Origin: Candidatus Aminicenantes bacterium
GTDB lineage: Bacteria > Acidobacteriota > Aminicenantia > Aminicenantales > JAFGBC01
DNA length: 64,000 nt
Direction: 5' to 3'
NCBI GenBank assembly: GCA_963702005.1
Contig: OY969696.1
Coordinates: 2,208,001 to 2,272,000 of the forward strand
Made by a program: the position numbers and the translations under genes. A model generated the notes under the pieces. The model searched no databases and was not told where the DNA came from. It worked only from the letters and a program-made list of their open reading frames with translations. Below are positions 39,838 to 51,773 of this stretch, piece by piece. How positions within the stretch are numbered: position 1 is the first letter of the stretch; each line of letters begins with the position of its first letter.

Positions 39838-41169
39838 ATGGCTACCATTCTGGGGACGATCCTGGCTTTCGCCATCGTGTTCGGCATCCTGGTTTTCCTG
39901 CATGAATTCGGCCATTTCTTCATGGGCAAGCTGGTCGGCATTCGGATCGAGGTCTTCTCCTTCGGTTACGGGAAGCGCCTGTTCGGCGTCAAGAAAGGGG
40001 AGACCGACTACAGGGTCAGCATGATCCCGATGGGAGGCTACGTCCGGTTTCTGGGCGAGGGCCTGTTCGAGAAGGACCGCCCGATAGCTGCGGACGACTT
40101 CGCGGCCAAATCGAGACCGGCTCGGTTCGGCGTCATGGTCATGGGTTCGGTCATGAACATCCTGCTGGCCGTCGTCCTGGTGGCGGTCGTCAACATGGGC
40201 GGGGTCACCGTCCCCGTCTATCAGGAGCAGGCCCCCGTCATCGGCTGGATCGAGGCCGGCTCGCCGGCCGCCGCGGCCGACCTCAGGGTCGGCGACGAGA
40301 TCCTGAACATCAACAGCCGTCCGGTCCGGACTTGGGCCGACGTCGAGCTCGCGGTCGGGACGCGGCCGGAGCGGACCCTGACGATCGAGGTCCGTCGCGA
40401 CGGCGCGGTCCTCCCCGTCCAACTCCGGACCGAGAAGCGGACCCGTTACGAAATGGGCTACGCCGGCTTCTACGGAAAGGTTTTGACCCAGATCCTGATG
40501 GTTTCCCCGGGCTCGCCGGCCGAGAAGGCGGGCCTCAAGCCCGGCGACGTCTTCGTCTCGATCGACGGCGAACCGGTCTTTTTCTACAAGTTCGTCGCGA
40601 CGATCGAGCGGAGCCCGGGCCGCGAGCTCGTCGTCGGGATCGAGCGGGAGGGCCGGTCCCTGACGCTCCGGATAACGCCGCGCCTCGAAGGCTCGGTCGG
40701 GAAGATCGGCGTCCCGGTCGCCGCCCAGTCCGTCGAGCGCAAATACGCACCGTTCGCGGCGTTCCGAGAGAGCCTCCGCGAGAACAAGCGGTTGGCCTTC
40801 CTCCTCATCCGCTTCGTCAAGGACCTGTTCACGGGCGAGGCCTCGGCCCGTCAGTTGGGCGGTCCCCTTGAGATCGCCAATTTTTCCTACGCCGCGCTCC
40901 GGATGGGTTTCATGGCCCTCTTGAGCTGGATCGCCTTCATCAGCCTCCAGCTGGGCATCATCAACCTGTTCCCGATTCCCGTCTTCGACGGCGGACAGAT
41001 CTTCGTCATCCTGATCGAGGGAATTCTGCGCCGGGACCTCAGCCCCAAGCTCCGCCAGGTCTGGATGCAGATCGGGTTCGTCATGTTCGCGGCTTTGATC
41101 GCCTTCGTCATCCTTAACGATATCGTCAAGCGGCTGCCCCACGGCTGGGGAAGCCTCGTGCCCTGGTGA
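39838..41169 (+). CDS. rseP: RIP metalloprotease RseP
   Basis: HEFGH, two PDZ domains, 'NLFPIPVFDGG'. Confidence 0.95.
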   Translation: MATILGTILAFAIVFGILVFLHEFGHFFMGKLVGIRIEVFSFGYGKRLFGVKKGETDYRVSMIPMGGYVRFLGEGLFEKDRPIAADDFAAKSRPARFGVMVMGSVMNILLAVVLVAVVNMGGVTVPVYQEQAPVIGWIEAGSPAAAADLRVGDEILNINSRPVRTWADVELAVGTRPERTLTIEVRRDGAVLPVQLRTEKRTRYEMGYAGFYGKVLTQILMVSPGSPAEKAGLKPGDVFVSIDGEPVFFYKFVATIERSPGRELVVGIEREGRSLTLRITPRLEGSVGKIGVPVAAQSVERKYAPFAAFRESLRENKRLAFLLIRFVKDLFTGEASARQLGGPLEIANFSYAALRMGFMALLSWIAFISLQLGIINLFPIPVFDGGQIFVILIEGILRRDLSPKLRQVWMQIGFVMFAALIAFVILNDIVKRLPHGWGSLVPW

Positions 41170-42269
41170 TGAAAAAGACATCCCTCCCGTCCTGGCCGCG
41201 CCGACGGACGAGGACCGTCCGGATCGGTCCCGTTCCGGTCGGCGGCGGCGCGCCGATCTCGGTCCAATCCATGACCAAAACGGATACGCGCGACATCGCG
41301 GCGACTCTGCGCCAGATCGAGAGCCTGGGCCGGGCCGGCTGCGAGATCGTCCGGCTGGCCGTCCCCGATCGCCGGGCGGCCCTGGCCCTCAAGGCCATCG
41401 CCAAGGAAGCGGTCCTGCCCCTCATCGCCGACATCCACTTCGACCACCGGCTGGCCCTGGCCGCCCTCGAGGCCGGCGTCGGCGGGCTCCGCATCAACCC
41501 CGGCAACATCGGGTCCAAGGACAAGGTCCGCGAAGTCGTCCGGGCCGCCCGGGAGCGGAAAATCCCGATCCGGATCGGCGTCAACGCCGGCTCCCTCGAG
41601 AAAACGCTCCTGAAGAAATTCGGCGGCCCCGCGCCGCGGGCCCTGGTCGAAAGCGCCCTGGGCCACATCCGGCTTCTCGAGGACCTTGACTTCGACCTTA
41701 TCAAGGTCTCCCTCAAGTCTTCGGACGTCCTGACGGCGCTGGCCGCTTATCGACTGCTTGCCGCAGAGGTCGACTATCCCTTCCACGCCGGAATCACCGA
41801 GGCGGGAGGCCCGGTCTCGGGCGCGGTCGTTTCGGCCGTCGGCCTGAGTTTGCTTCTCCGGGAAGGGCTGGCCGATACGATCCGCGTTTCACTGACGGCG
41901 CCGCCCGAGGAGGAAGTCCGGGTCGGGCATTTGATCCTGGCCGAGATGGGACTCCGGCGCCGCGGGATCCGGGTCATTTCCTGTCCGACCTGCGGCCGCT
42001 GCGAGGTCGATCTCTTGGCCGTCGCGGCCGAGGTCGAGAGCCGCCTGCGCGGGATCGAAGGGGACCTGACCGTGGCCGTCATGGGCTGCACGGTCAACGG
42101 CCCCGGCGAGGCTAAAAAGGCCGACCTGGGGATCGCCTGCGGCCGGGGCGGCGGCGCCTTGTTCAAAAAAGGCCGTTTGCTGAGACGGATTTCCGAAGCC
42201 CGGATTGTGCGCGAGCTCGTCGCCGAGGCCGTCAAGCTCGCGGCCGAGGTCCGGGAGGACAAGGGATGA
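41169..42269 (+). CDS. ispG: HMBPP synthase IspG
   Basis: 'VQSMT', 'ADIHF', 'RINPGN', 'CPTCGR', 'MGCTVNGPGE'. Confidence 0.95.
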   Translation: MKKTSLPSWPRRRTRTVRIGPVPVGGGAPISVQSMTKTDTRDIAATLRQIESLGRAGCEIVRLAVPDRRAALALKAIAKEAVLPLIADIHFDHRLALAALEAGVGGLRINPGNIGSKDKVREVVRAARERKIPIRIGVNAGSLEKTLLKKFGGPAPRALVESALGHIRLLEDLDFDLIKVSLKSSDVLTALAAYRLLAAEVDYPFHAGITEAGGPVSGAVVSAVGLSLLLREGLADTIRVSLTAPPEEEVRVGHLILAEMGLRRRGIRVISCPTCGRCEVDLLAVAAEVESRLRGIEGDLTVAVMGCTVNGPGEAKKADLGIACGRGGGALFKKGRLLRRISEARIVRELVAEAVKLAAEVREDKG

Positions 42270-43113
42270 GACACCAGTCCGCGACGCGTTGTAAGCTCGA
42301 GAAGCTGAGAGCCGGCTTGTCCGGGATGGAAAAAGTCTTGATTGCATTTTCGGGGGGACGGACTCGACCCTTCTTCTCAAGGTGGCTGCCGACGAGCTGG
42401 GTTCGGGCGTCCTGGCTGTGACCGCCTCCTCCAAAACCTATCCGTCCAGGGAGATCGTAGCCGCCCGCCGGCTGGCCCGTTCATTCGGCGTCCGGCACCG
42501 CGTCATCCAAACCTTGGAGCTGGCCAACCCCGAATTCAGGGCCAACCCGCCGCTCCGCTGTTATCATTGCAAGCGGGAGCTCTTCCGGGCGCTGCGTCGG
42601 ATCGCCGACGAAGAAGGGATCTCCCACGTCCTCGACGGCTCCAACCTCGATGACGGCGCCGATTACCGTCCGGGCGGCCGGGCCGGGAAGGAGCTCGGCG
42701 TCCGCTCGCCGCTTAGGGAAGCGGGGTTGACCAAGGCCGAGATACGCCTCATCTCCCGATCGCTCGGGCTTCCGACCTGGGACAAACCCGCCCTGGCCTG
42801 CCTCGCTTCTCGGTTTCCCTACCACCATCCGATCGATGAGTCGAGCCTGGAGCGCGTCGGGCGGGCCGAGGACTCTCTCCGCCGGCTCGGGTTCAAGCTC
42901 GTCCGCGTCCGCCACCACGGAAGCCTGGCCCGGGTCGAGCTCGACCCCTCCGACATCGCCCGGCTGCTGGATGGAAGCTTACGGAATAAAATATCGCGCC
43001 GGCTCAAGGCCCTCGGATACACCTATGTTTCGCTGGACCTGGATGGGTATCGGACGGGAAGCATGAACGAGACGCTGAAAGCCGGCCTGCGGCGCAAAGC
43101 GCCGGCGCGTTAG
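42266..43113 (+). pseudogene. larE: LarE-family ATP-dependent sulfur transferase, frameshifted at a G6 run (or sequencing error)
   Basis: ATG 42266 gives ...VLIAFSGG; adding one G at 42352-42357 restores SGGTDST and joins the ORF containing 'RCYHCK', 'DYRPG', 'CLASRFPY'. Confidence 0.8.
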
Positions 43114-43163
43114 GGCTCGACCGGGAGGAGGGGGCGGGTGACCGGGACGGCCGGTTTCATGGC

Positions 43164-43198
43164 AAAAAAAAGAAGGGGCAAGCTGGGTGCTTGCCCCT
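43164..43198 (-). terminator. Rho-independent terminator of the tonB-exbB-exbD operon
   Basis: AGGGGCAAGC-loop-GCTTGCCCCT hairpin followed by a T-run on the minus strand. Confidence 0.75.
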
Positions 43199-43257
43199 CC
43201 CGGCGAGATTTGCTGGCTAACGTCCGTCAACCAACGCCGGCTTGAAACCGGACGCGT

Positions 43258-43683
43258 CTACTCGGACTTCTCCGTTTTCTTCTCGGTGATGATGCCCAGG
43301 ATATCGATGCCCGCGTCTTTGAGGACGTTGATGACGTCCACGATCTTGCCGAACTCGAGATCCTGGTCGGCCTTGAGGTAGAGCTTCTTTTCGCTGACCG
43401 TCAGGAAGGCCTCTTCCAGGGCCGTCTGGAGGTTCTCCAGGGTCACTGGTTTCGGATCCTGGTTGAGGTACATCGACCCGTCCTTACGTATCGACAAGGC
43501 GACATCGAGCTTGTCGGGCATGTCGATCGTGTTCAGGGCGCTGGGAAGCTTGACGTCGATGCCCTTCTGGACGAGGGGGGTGACGACCATGAAGATGATC
43601 AGGAGGACGAGCAGGACGTCGCAGAGCGGAACGACGTTGGGTTCCGACTTGACCTGTTCCTCGCCCTTGCCACTAAAAGCCAT
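43258..43683 (-). CDS. exbD: Biopolymer transport protein ExbD/TolR
   Basis: 'NVVPLCDVLLVLLIIFMV', 'LKAD'. Confidence 0.9.
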   Translation of the reverse strand: MAFSGKGEEQVKSEPNVVPLCDVLLVLLIIFMVVTPLVQKGIDVKLPSALNTIDMPDKLDVALSIRKDGSMYLNQDPKPVTLENLQTALEEAFLTVSEKKLYLKADQDLEFGKIVDVINVLKDAGIDILGIITEKKTEKSE

Positions 43684-43740
43684 GATATGCCTCTCTTTGC
43701 GGAATCCCGCGCGCCCTGGGGGCGCATACGGTCGTTTCGC

Positions 43741-44409
43741 TTATTTTTTCCTTATGAAGTAATCGACGATCTCTGAGGACGTGTTCTCCATCTCGGCCTG
43801 GTAGATCTCGATCTTGCTGTTGAGCAGGTTGTAGCACCAGAGGGCGATGACGGCGACGGCGATTCCGAACGCGGTCGTGATCAGGGCCTCGGAGATACCG
43901 CCGGCGACGGCGCCGATGCCGCCCGAGCCGGTCAGCTGCATGCCTCGGAAGGCGGTGATGATGCCGAAGATCGTCCCGAACAGCCCGATGAAGGGGGCCG
44001 AGGTCGCGATCGTGGCCAGGACGCTGAAGCCGCGCTTAAGGTCCTGGGTGAACAGGGCGGCGGCCCGCGCGCAGCCTCTCGAGGACGACTCGACCTGCTC
44101 CTCGAGGGACAGGCCCGAATCCTTGGCCGCCAGGAACTCATGGATGCCGGCGGCGGTCACGCGGGCCAGGTGGCTGCCTTTATAGTCCTTCTTATTGGAC
44201 AGGTTCAGCGCCTCGTTGATCTTGCCGGCCTTGAGAAGGTCGGCCAGGGCCGGAGCGGCCTGCTTGGACTTGGCCTTGGCGCGGTTGAAGGTCATCATCC
44301 GCTCGATGAAGAAGTAAATGGAGATGATCGACAGAATGATCAAGAGGAAGGCGACGGACTTGGCCACGGCGCCCATCTGCTGCCACATTTCGATCAAGCC
44401 AAATTGCAT
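43741..44409 (-). CDS. exbB: MotA/TolQ/ExbB proton channel
   Basis: 'APFIGLFGTIFGI', 'GISEALITTAFG'. Confidence 0.9.
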   Translation of the reverse strand: MQFGLIEMWQQMGAVAKSVAFLLIILSIISIYFFIERMMTFNRAKAKSKQAAPALADLLKAGKINEALNLSNKKDYKGSHLARVTAAGIHEFLAAKDSGLSLEEQVESSSRGCARAAALFTQDLKRGFSVLATIATSAPFIGLFGTIFGIITAFRGMQLTGSGGIGAVAGGISEALITTAFGIAVAVIALWCYNLLNSKIEIYQAEMENTSSEIVDYFIRKK

Positions 44410-44465
44410 GTTGAGAACCTCCTATTAAATCTCTAAAGCCATGGACAGCTTTTCTATATATATAG

Positions 44466-45272
44466 TTATTTCAATTGGAATCGAACGGTCACGGTGAAGA
44501 TGACGCCGCGCGGCTTACCGTTGATGATCATCGGCTCGTAGACCCACTGCTTGACGGCGTCGATGGCCGCCTGGTCCAGGAGCGGAATCGAGCGCAGGAC
44601 CTTCCAGCGGATGACGCGGCCGTAGATGTCGGTCACGGCCTCGATAATGACGATCCCCTCGACCCGCGCCTGACGGGCGATCTCGGGATAGATCGGCGGG
44701 ACTTCCTTGAGGAGCCTGGGCGGCTTGATTTCGCCCACGGCTCGGATCGGGGCCTCGACTTCGCCCACCACCCCGCCCAGGACGCCGCCCACGACGCCTC
44801 CCAGGACGCCGCCCACGACGCCGCCCTCGACGCCGCCCTCGACACCGCCCTCGACGCCCAGGTCGGAGACCTGCTCTTCGGCGATCTCCTGGGGGACCTC
44901 GACCGGGGCGACCAGCCGGCCCGGGGTCACCGTCGACTGGGCCTGGACCGGTTTGATCCGCGTCCGCGCCTGCGAGCTGGCCCGCTTCTTGGCCGGAGGA
45001 GGCGGCGGAGGCGGAGGAGGAGGCGGAGGCGCCAGGAAGGCGCTGTAGACTTCAACCTTGGGAAGCTCGCTCGTGGAGAGGAGCGGGATGACGATGACGG
45101 CGATGACGGCCAACGCATGGAGGATGAACGCGATCGGGAAGGCGATCGCTTTGCGACCGGCGCCCTTCGAGCCGACGAAGAAAGAGTCGCGGAACAGCTC
45201 GGGGACGACCTCCTCTTTCTTGACGGGGACGGGCGGCTTGGCCGCTTTCGGCTTTGTCGTCTTTTCAGCCAT
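44466..45272 (-). CDS. tonB: Energy transducer TonB
   Basis: TM helix with His, poly-Pro, GGVEGG/GGVLGG repeats, TonB_C domain. Confidence 0.9.
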   Translation of the reverse strand: MAEKTTKPKAAKPPVPVKKEEVVPELFRDSFFVGSKGAGRKAIAFPIAFILHALAVIAVIVIPLLSTSELPKVEVYSAFLAPPPPPPPPPPPPAKKRASSQARTRIKPVQAQSTVTPGRLVAPVEVPQEIAEEQVSDLGVEGGVEGGVEGGVVGGVLGGVVGGVLGGVVGEVEAPIRAVGEIKPPRLLKEVPPIYPEIARQARVEGIVIIEAVTDIYGRVIRWKVLRSIPLLDQAAIDAVKQWVYEPMIINGKPRGVIFTVTVRFQLK

Positions 45273-45354
45273 GTGTTACCTCGTTGTCAAAAATTGACTC
45301 AGAGAAGGTAGGATAAAGTATAAAGAAAATCCTCCGTTTTGACAACACTTTTTT

Positions 45355-46518
45355 TTATTTTTTAATCCCTTTTTGGGGCGCGAAAATCTTGTACCAGAAC
45401 AGGACGACCGGGCAGGACATGAATATGGTCGAATAGACGCCTTCGATCGTGCCGATGAGCATGATGAAAGCGAAATCGTTGATGACCTCGCCGCCGAACA
45501 GGTAGAGGGCGAGCAGGGTCAGGAAGACCGTGCCCGACGTGATCAGGGTCCGGCCCAGGCACTGGTTGACGGCCAGGTTCATGACGGATTCCAGGGACTC
45601 CCGCCGCATGATTTTCTGGTTCTCCCGGACCCGGTCGAAGATGACGATCGTGTCGTTGATCGAGTAGCCGACGATGGTCAGGATGGCGGCGATGATGGGC
45701 AGGTTGATCTCGCGGTTCGTGAAGGTGAAGATGCTCATCGTGATCAGGACGTCCTGGGTCAGCGTGAAGATGGCGGCGACGCCGTAGGCGAGTTTGAAGC
45801 GGACGGCGATGTAGACGAGCATCCCGATCAAGGCCCAGATCGTGGCCTGGGTCGCCTTGCGCCGGAGGTCCTTGCCGACCTGGGGCCCGACCGTCTCCCG
45901 GCTTAAAACCGTGAGCGACCCGAGGTAGGTCTTGCCCTTGAGATAGCTGACGACGTCATCGCCGACGCCGGAATCCTTAAGCTCGTTGAAGTCGGCGAAG
46001 ACGCCCTTCAGGTTTCGCTGGGCGACGACCTTCTTCGCGAGGTCCTCGCCCCGTTCGGGGTAGGCGACGGACAGCAGGTTGGTCAGGCTCTTGAGGTCGA
46101 GATTGTTGAGGTCGCTCTGACCCGGAGCCGGGGCGGCTTTGCCCGCCGCGCTGCGGAGGGTCTCGACGATCCGGTCGGCCAACTTTTCATGGGCCTCCAT
46201 TTCCTGCTGTTCGTCGGCGTTCTTGACGACCTGGGTTGTTCGGACCTGGTATTCCCGGCCGGCATGGCCTTTGCCGGTTTCCTGAATGACGGAGTTCCCC
46301 AGGCCGGCGTCCTTGAAAATCTGGCGGATCCGGCCGATCTCGACCGGCTCCTTGTATATGACCCGGAGGAGCGTCCCGCCGCCGAAGTCCACGCCCGGCT
46401 TGAGGCCGTGGCCGACCGTGATGTTGAGAATCCCGGCCAGGACGATGAGGCCCGTCGCGGCCAGGCAGGAGTATTTGTATTTCATAAACGGGATGTGGGG
46501 TGTTTTGAAGAGTTGCAT
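45355..46518 (-). CDS. secF: Protein translocase subunit SecF (with periplasmic insertion)
   Basis: 'GVDFGGG', 'VGPQVG', 'GYSINDTIVIFDRVRE'. Confidence 0.95.
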   Translation of the reverse strand: MQLFKTPHIPFMKYKYSCLAATGLIVLAGILNITVGHGLKPGVDFGGGTLLRVIYKEPVEIGRIRQIFKDAGLGNSVIQETGKGHAGREYQVRTTQVVKNADEQQEMEAHEKLADRIVETLRSAAGKAAPAPGQSDLNNLDLKSLTNLLSVAYPERGEDLAKKVVAQRNLKGVFADFNELKDSGVGDDVVSYLKGKTYLGSLTVLSRETVGPQVGKDLRRKATQATIWALIGMLVYIAVRFKLAYGVAAIFTLTQDVLITMSIFTFTNREINLPIIAAILTIVGYSINDTIVIFDRVRENQKIMRRESLESVMNLAVNQCLGRTLITSGTVFLTLLALYLFGGEVINDFAFIMLIGTIEGVYSTIFMSCPVVLFWYKIFAPQKGIKK

Positions 46519-46519
46519 G

Positions 46520-48064
46520 TTAGATGCTCAGCCTCTTAGCGGTCTTGGGGACCGTCAAGTCGAAGATGAGATGCGAGACGTAGACGGCCGTGAGCACGTT
46601 GGCGACCAGGCCGATGATGAGCGTCACGGCGTAGCCCTTGATCGGTCCCGTCCCGAACTGAAAAAGGAAAATAGCCGAAATGATCGTCGTCAGGTTCGAG
46701 TCGAAGATCGCGCTGAAGGCCCGGTTAAACCCCTGGACGATCGAGTTGAGGACGGTCTTGCCCAGGGCCAACTCTTCCTTCATCCGTTCGAAGACGAGGA
46801 CGTTGGCGTCGACGGACATGCCTATGCTGAGGATGATGCCGGCGATGCCGGGCAGGGTCAGGGTGGCTCGAAAATAGGCAAGGGCTCCGAACAGAATGAG
46901 GACGTTCATGATCAGGGCCGCCACGGCGTTCATGCCCGCGAGCTTATAGTAGAAGATCATAAAAGACATGACGGCGATGATGGCAACCAGCCCGGCCAGG
47001 AGCCCCTGGCGGACCGAATCGGCGCCCAGGGAGGGGCCGATCGTCCGCTCTTCGAGGTAATTGATCCTGGCCGGCAGGGCTCCGGCCTTCAGGACGACGA
47101 CGAGGTCGTCGGCCTCCTCGAGCGTGAACCCGCCCTGGATGATGCCGCCCTGGTTGCGGTCGATCTGGGCGTGGACGACGGGCGAGGACTGGACCCGATC
47201 GTCCAGGACGATGGCGATCTGTTTGCCGATGTTCTCGCCGGTCACCTTCTCGAAGCGGGCCCCGCCATCGGGATTCAGGGTGAAGGAAACGGCCGGGTTG
47301 TTCCACTCGTCGGTCCCGCGGCGGATGGTCCGCAGATCGCGGCCGGTCACGGTAGCGACCTTGTCGAGGAGGTAGTAGCCGGCATGACCCCGCTTGGGGT
47401 CGCCCTTGACGACCTGGGCATCCTCGGGAACCTTGCCGCCGAACGCCTGGAGAAGGGCCGCTTCGTCGGGGGCCGGTCCGGCCTTGACCAGCTTCCACTC
47501 GAGGATGGCCGTGACCTTGATCAGGTCCTTAATGCGGCCCGGGTCGTCGACGCCGGGAAGCTCGACGATGATCCGCTCGCTGCCCTGGCGCTGGATGAGA
47601 GGCTCCGAGACGCCGTACTGGTCCACCCGGTTCCGGATGGTCTCGAGGGTCTGAGTGACGGCCTGGTCTCTGAGGAAGATGACGGCGGGCTGCTTCAGGG
47701 AGAAAACGGCCCGCTCCCCGCTGAAGCTGTACTCCCAGTCCCGGGCGTACTCGTCCATGATCTCCCGGATCTTGCCTTCCTGGTCCGCGTCGTATCCGGC
47801 CATGAAGAAGCGGCCCGGCCGTTCCTTGGTCATGGTTTGGAAGGAAATAGCGTTTTTCTTGAGCTGCTCCTGGAAGCGGGCGATCTCCTGGTCGGTCTCG
47901 ATGTTGATGGCGTCTTCCGTCATGACCTGGATGGCGAGGTGGATACCGCCCTTGAGGTCGAGGCCGAGCTTGATCTTTTTTTGATTATAAGGATAGGCGA
48001 GAGCGATGGCGCCGATCAGGACGGCCAGGGTCAGGATGGCCTTCCACTGGAGGTTCTTTCTCAT
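46520..48064 (-). CDS. secD: Protein translocase subunit SecD
   Basis: 'LGLDLKGG', 'GVSEP', 'IGPSLG', 'DANVLVFER'. Confidence 0.95.
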   Translation of the reverse strand: MRKNLQWKAILTLAVLIGAIALAYPYNQKKIKLGLDLKGGIHLAIQVMTEDAINIETDQEIARFQEQLKKNAISFQTMTKERPGRFFMAGYDADQEGKIREIMDEYARDWEYSFSGERAVFSLKQPAVIFLRDQAVTQTLETIRNRVDQYGVSEPLIQRQGSERIIVELPGVDDPGRIKDLIKVTAILEWKLVKAGPAPDEAALLQAFGGKVPEDAQVVKGDPKRGHAGYYLLDKVATVTGRDLRTIRRGTDEWNNPAVSFTLNPDGGARFEKVTGENIGKQIAIVLDDRVQSSPVVHAQIDRNQGGIIQGGFTLEEADDLVVVLKAGALPARINYLEERTIGPSLGADSVRQGLLAGLVAIIAVMSFMIFYYKLAGMNAVAALIMNVLILFGALAYFRATLTLPGIAGIILSIGMSVDANVLVFERMKEELALGKTVLNSIVQGFNRAFSAIFDSNLTTIISAIFLFQFGTGPIKGYAVTLIIGLVANVLTAVYVSHLIFDLTVPKTAKRLSI

Positions 48065-48077
48065 GGCCGGTCCGTCC

Positions 48078-48422
48078 TTATTGGACTTCGGGTTTTTCGC
48101 CTTGCCCCAGTATGACTCCCACGGCGCTCTTGGTGATGTCGATCTTGACGTTGGACGCGATCTTGAGCTCGATCTTGTCTTGCTGGACGCCCATCACCGT
48201 GCCGAAGATCCCGCCCGAAGTGATGACCCGGTCCCCGGGCTTGAGGTTGCTGACCAGATCCTGGTGCTTTTTTTGCTTTCTCCGGGTCGGCATGATGATG
48301 AGAAGGTAGAAGACGACGAAGACCAGCAGGAAGGGGACGAGCGCGGTCAGCATGCTCCCCTGGGGGGGACGCTGCCCGGGTGCCGCCTGCTGGAGGAGTC
48401 CGAAAAAGCCCCCGAACATCAT
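48078..48422 (-). CDS. yajC: Preprotein translocase subunit YajC
   Basis: Single TM helix, 'GDRVITSGGIFG'. Confidence 0.95.
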   Translation of the reverse strand: MMFGGFFGLLQQAAPGQRPPQGSMLTALVPFLLVFVVFYLLIIMPTRRKQKKHQDLVSNLKPGDRVITSGGIFGTVMGVQQDKIELKIASNVKIDITKSAVGVILGQGEKPEVQ

Positions 48423-48445
48423 TCGCGTTTCCTTTCTTTATAGAT

Positions 48446-50640
<2,195 letters not shown>

Positions 50641-50693
50641 GCCATAAGTAGAACTTGAACCATGGATCCTGTCAAGAACTTCCATCAGAAAAG

Positions 50694-50931
50694 GACCAGA
50701 GGGCATTGAAAGCGGGCTTCGCTCCCGGTTCCGGTCCAGATCGCCTAAGCCGTCCGTCTTCCTTAGCTCCTGCGGGCCCGGCACCAGGCAGTCATGATTT
50801 TTAATATTTCTTCTTAAAGGTGCCCATCCAGGTGCCTTGTGTCCTCGGAGGCCTTCGGCTCCCCTCGTCAGACGGACCTCTTAGGCTGACCTCCACATGG
50901 TCGCTTCATCCCGCTTCAATGCCCTCTTGTC
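50694..50931 (-). ncRNA. Putative structured ncRNA (~238 nt; 6S-like rod or novel)
   Basis: Nested long-range inverted repeats; G-U pairs are compatible with the minus strand; U-run directly after the closing stem. Confidence 0.6.
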
Positions 50932-50998
50932 AGGACATCGAAACTCTATTGCCCAATGGCCCGTTTTTGGTTATAGTAGGCCTTCAACCGAGTGACCC

Positions 50999-51763
50999 AT
51001 GAGCGAAACCAAACCGAACCCTAAGACGACGGACAAAGCCGCCCCGGCCAAGACCCCCCGAAAAACCCGCAAAAAAAAGATCCGGGAAAAAAGCGTCCAG
51101 CGGGAATATTTCGAGCTCATCGTCGAGACGGCCGTCTTCGTCTTCTTCGTCATGACCTTCGTCGTCCAGGCCTTCCAAATCCCGACCGGCTCGATGGAGC
51201 CAACTCTCCTCATCGGCGACTTCCTCCTCGTCAACAAGTTCGCCTACGCCCGGCCCAAGTCGGGCTTTGAGGATTTTCTGCTTCCCAACCGACCCCTGAA
51301 GCGCCACAACATCGTCGTCTTCAAGTATCCTCAGGAGCTGACCAAGGATTACGTCAAGCGGGTCGTCGCCCTCGAGGGCGAGAAGGTTGAGATCAAGGAC
51401 AAGCAGGTCTTTGTCAACGATCAGCCCATCCAGGAGCCGTTCAAGGTCCACAGCGACAGTCAGATTTTCAGCAAGAGCGATTCTTTCCAGTACGACGACC
51501 TCATCCGCGACAACTACGGTCCGATCACCGTCCCGCCCGGGCACTTATTCGTGATGGGGGACAACCGGGATAACTCCTATGACAGCCGCTATTGGGGATT
51601 CCTTCCCCTGAGCTACCTCAAGGGGCGGCCCTGGATGATCTATTTTTCCTATGAGGCCGAACGAAACGCCTACCTCCAGACATCGCTGCGCGACAGGCTA
51701 AAAAAGATCGCGACCTTTCTTCCCAAGGCCCGCTGGCGCCGGATGCTCAAGGTCATTAAGTAG
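50999..51763 (+). CDS. lepB: Signal peptidase I
   Basis: 'IPTGSMEPTL', 'YVKRVV', 'GDNRDNSYDSRYWG'; promoter TTGCCC-17-TATAGT upstream. Confidence 0.95.
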   Translation: MSETKPNPKTTDKAAPAKTPRKTRKKKIREKSVQREYFELIVETAVFVFFVMTFVVQAFQIPTGSMEPTLLIGDFLLVNKFAYARPKSGFEDFLLPNRPLKRHNIVVFKYPQELTKDYVKRVVALEGEKVEIKDKQVFVNDQPIQEPFKVHSDSQIFSKSDSFQYDDLIRDNYGPITVPPGHLFVMGDNRDNSYDSRYWGFLPLSYLKGRPWMIYFSYEAERNAYLQTSLRDRLKKIATFLPKARWRRMLKVIK

Positions 51764-51773
51764 AGACGCGCCG

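Noticed and set aside
44770-45035. Tandem 12-bp GC-rich repeats and a CCG/CCT run
   Set aside because: They encode the GGVxGG and poly-Pro segments of TonB; not a CRISPR array or VNTR element.
50694-50931. Identification of the structured region as SRP RNA, tmRNA or RNase P
   Set aside because: No SRP domain IV motif, no tRNA-like ends or tag ORF, and no RNase P consensus segments are visible.
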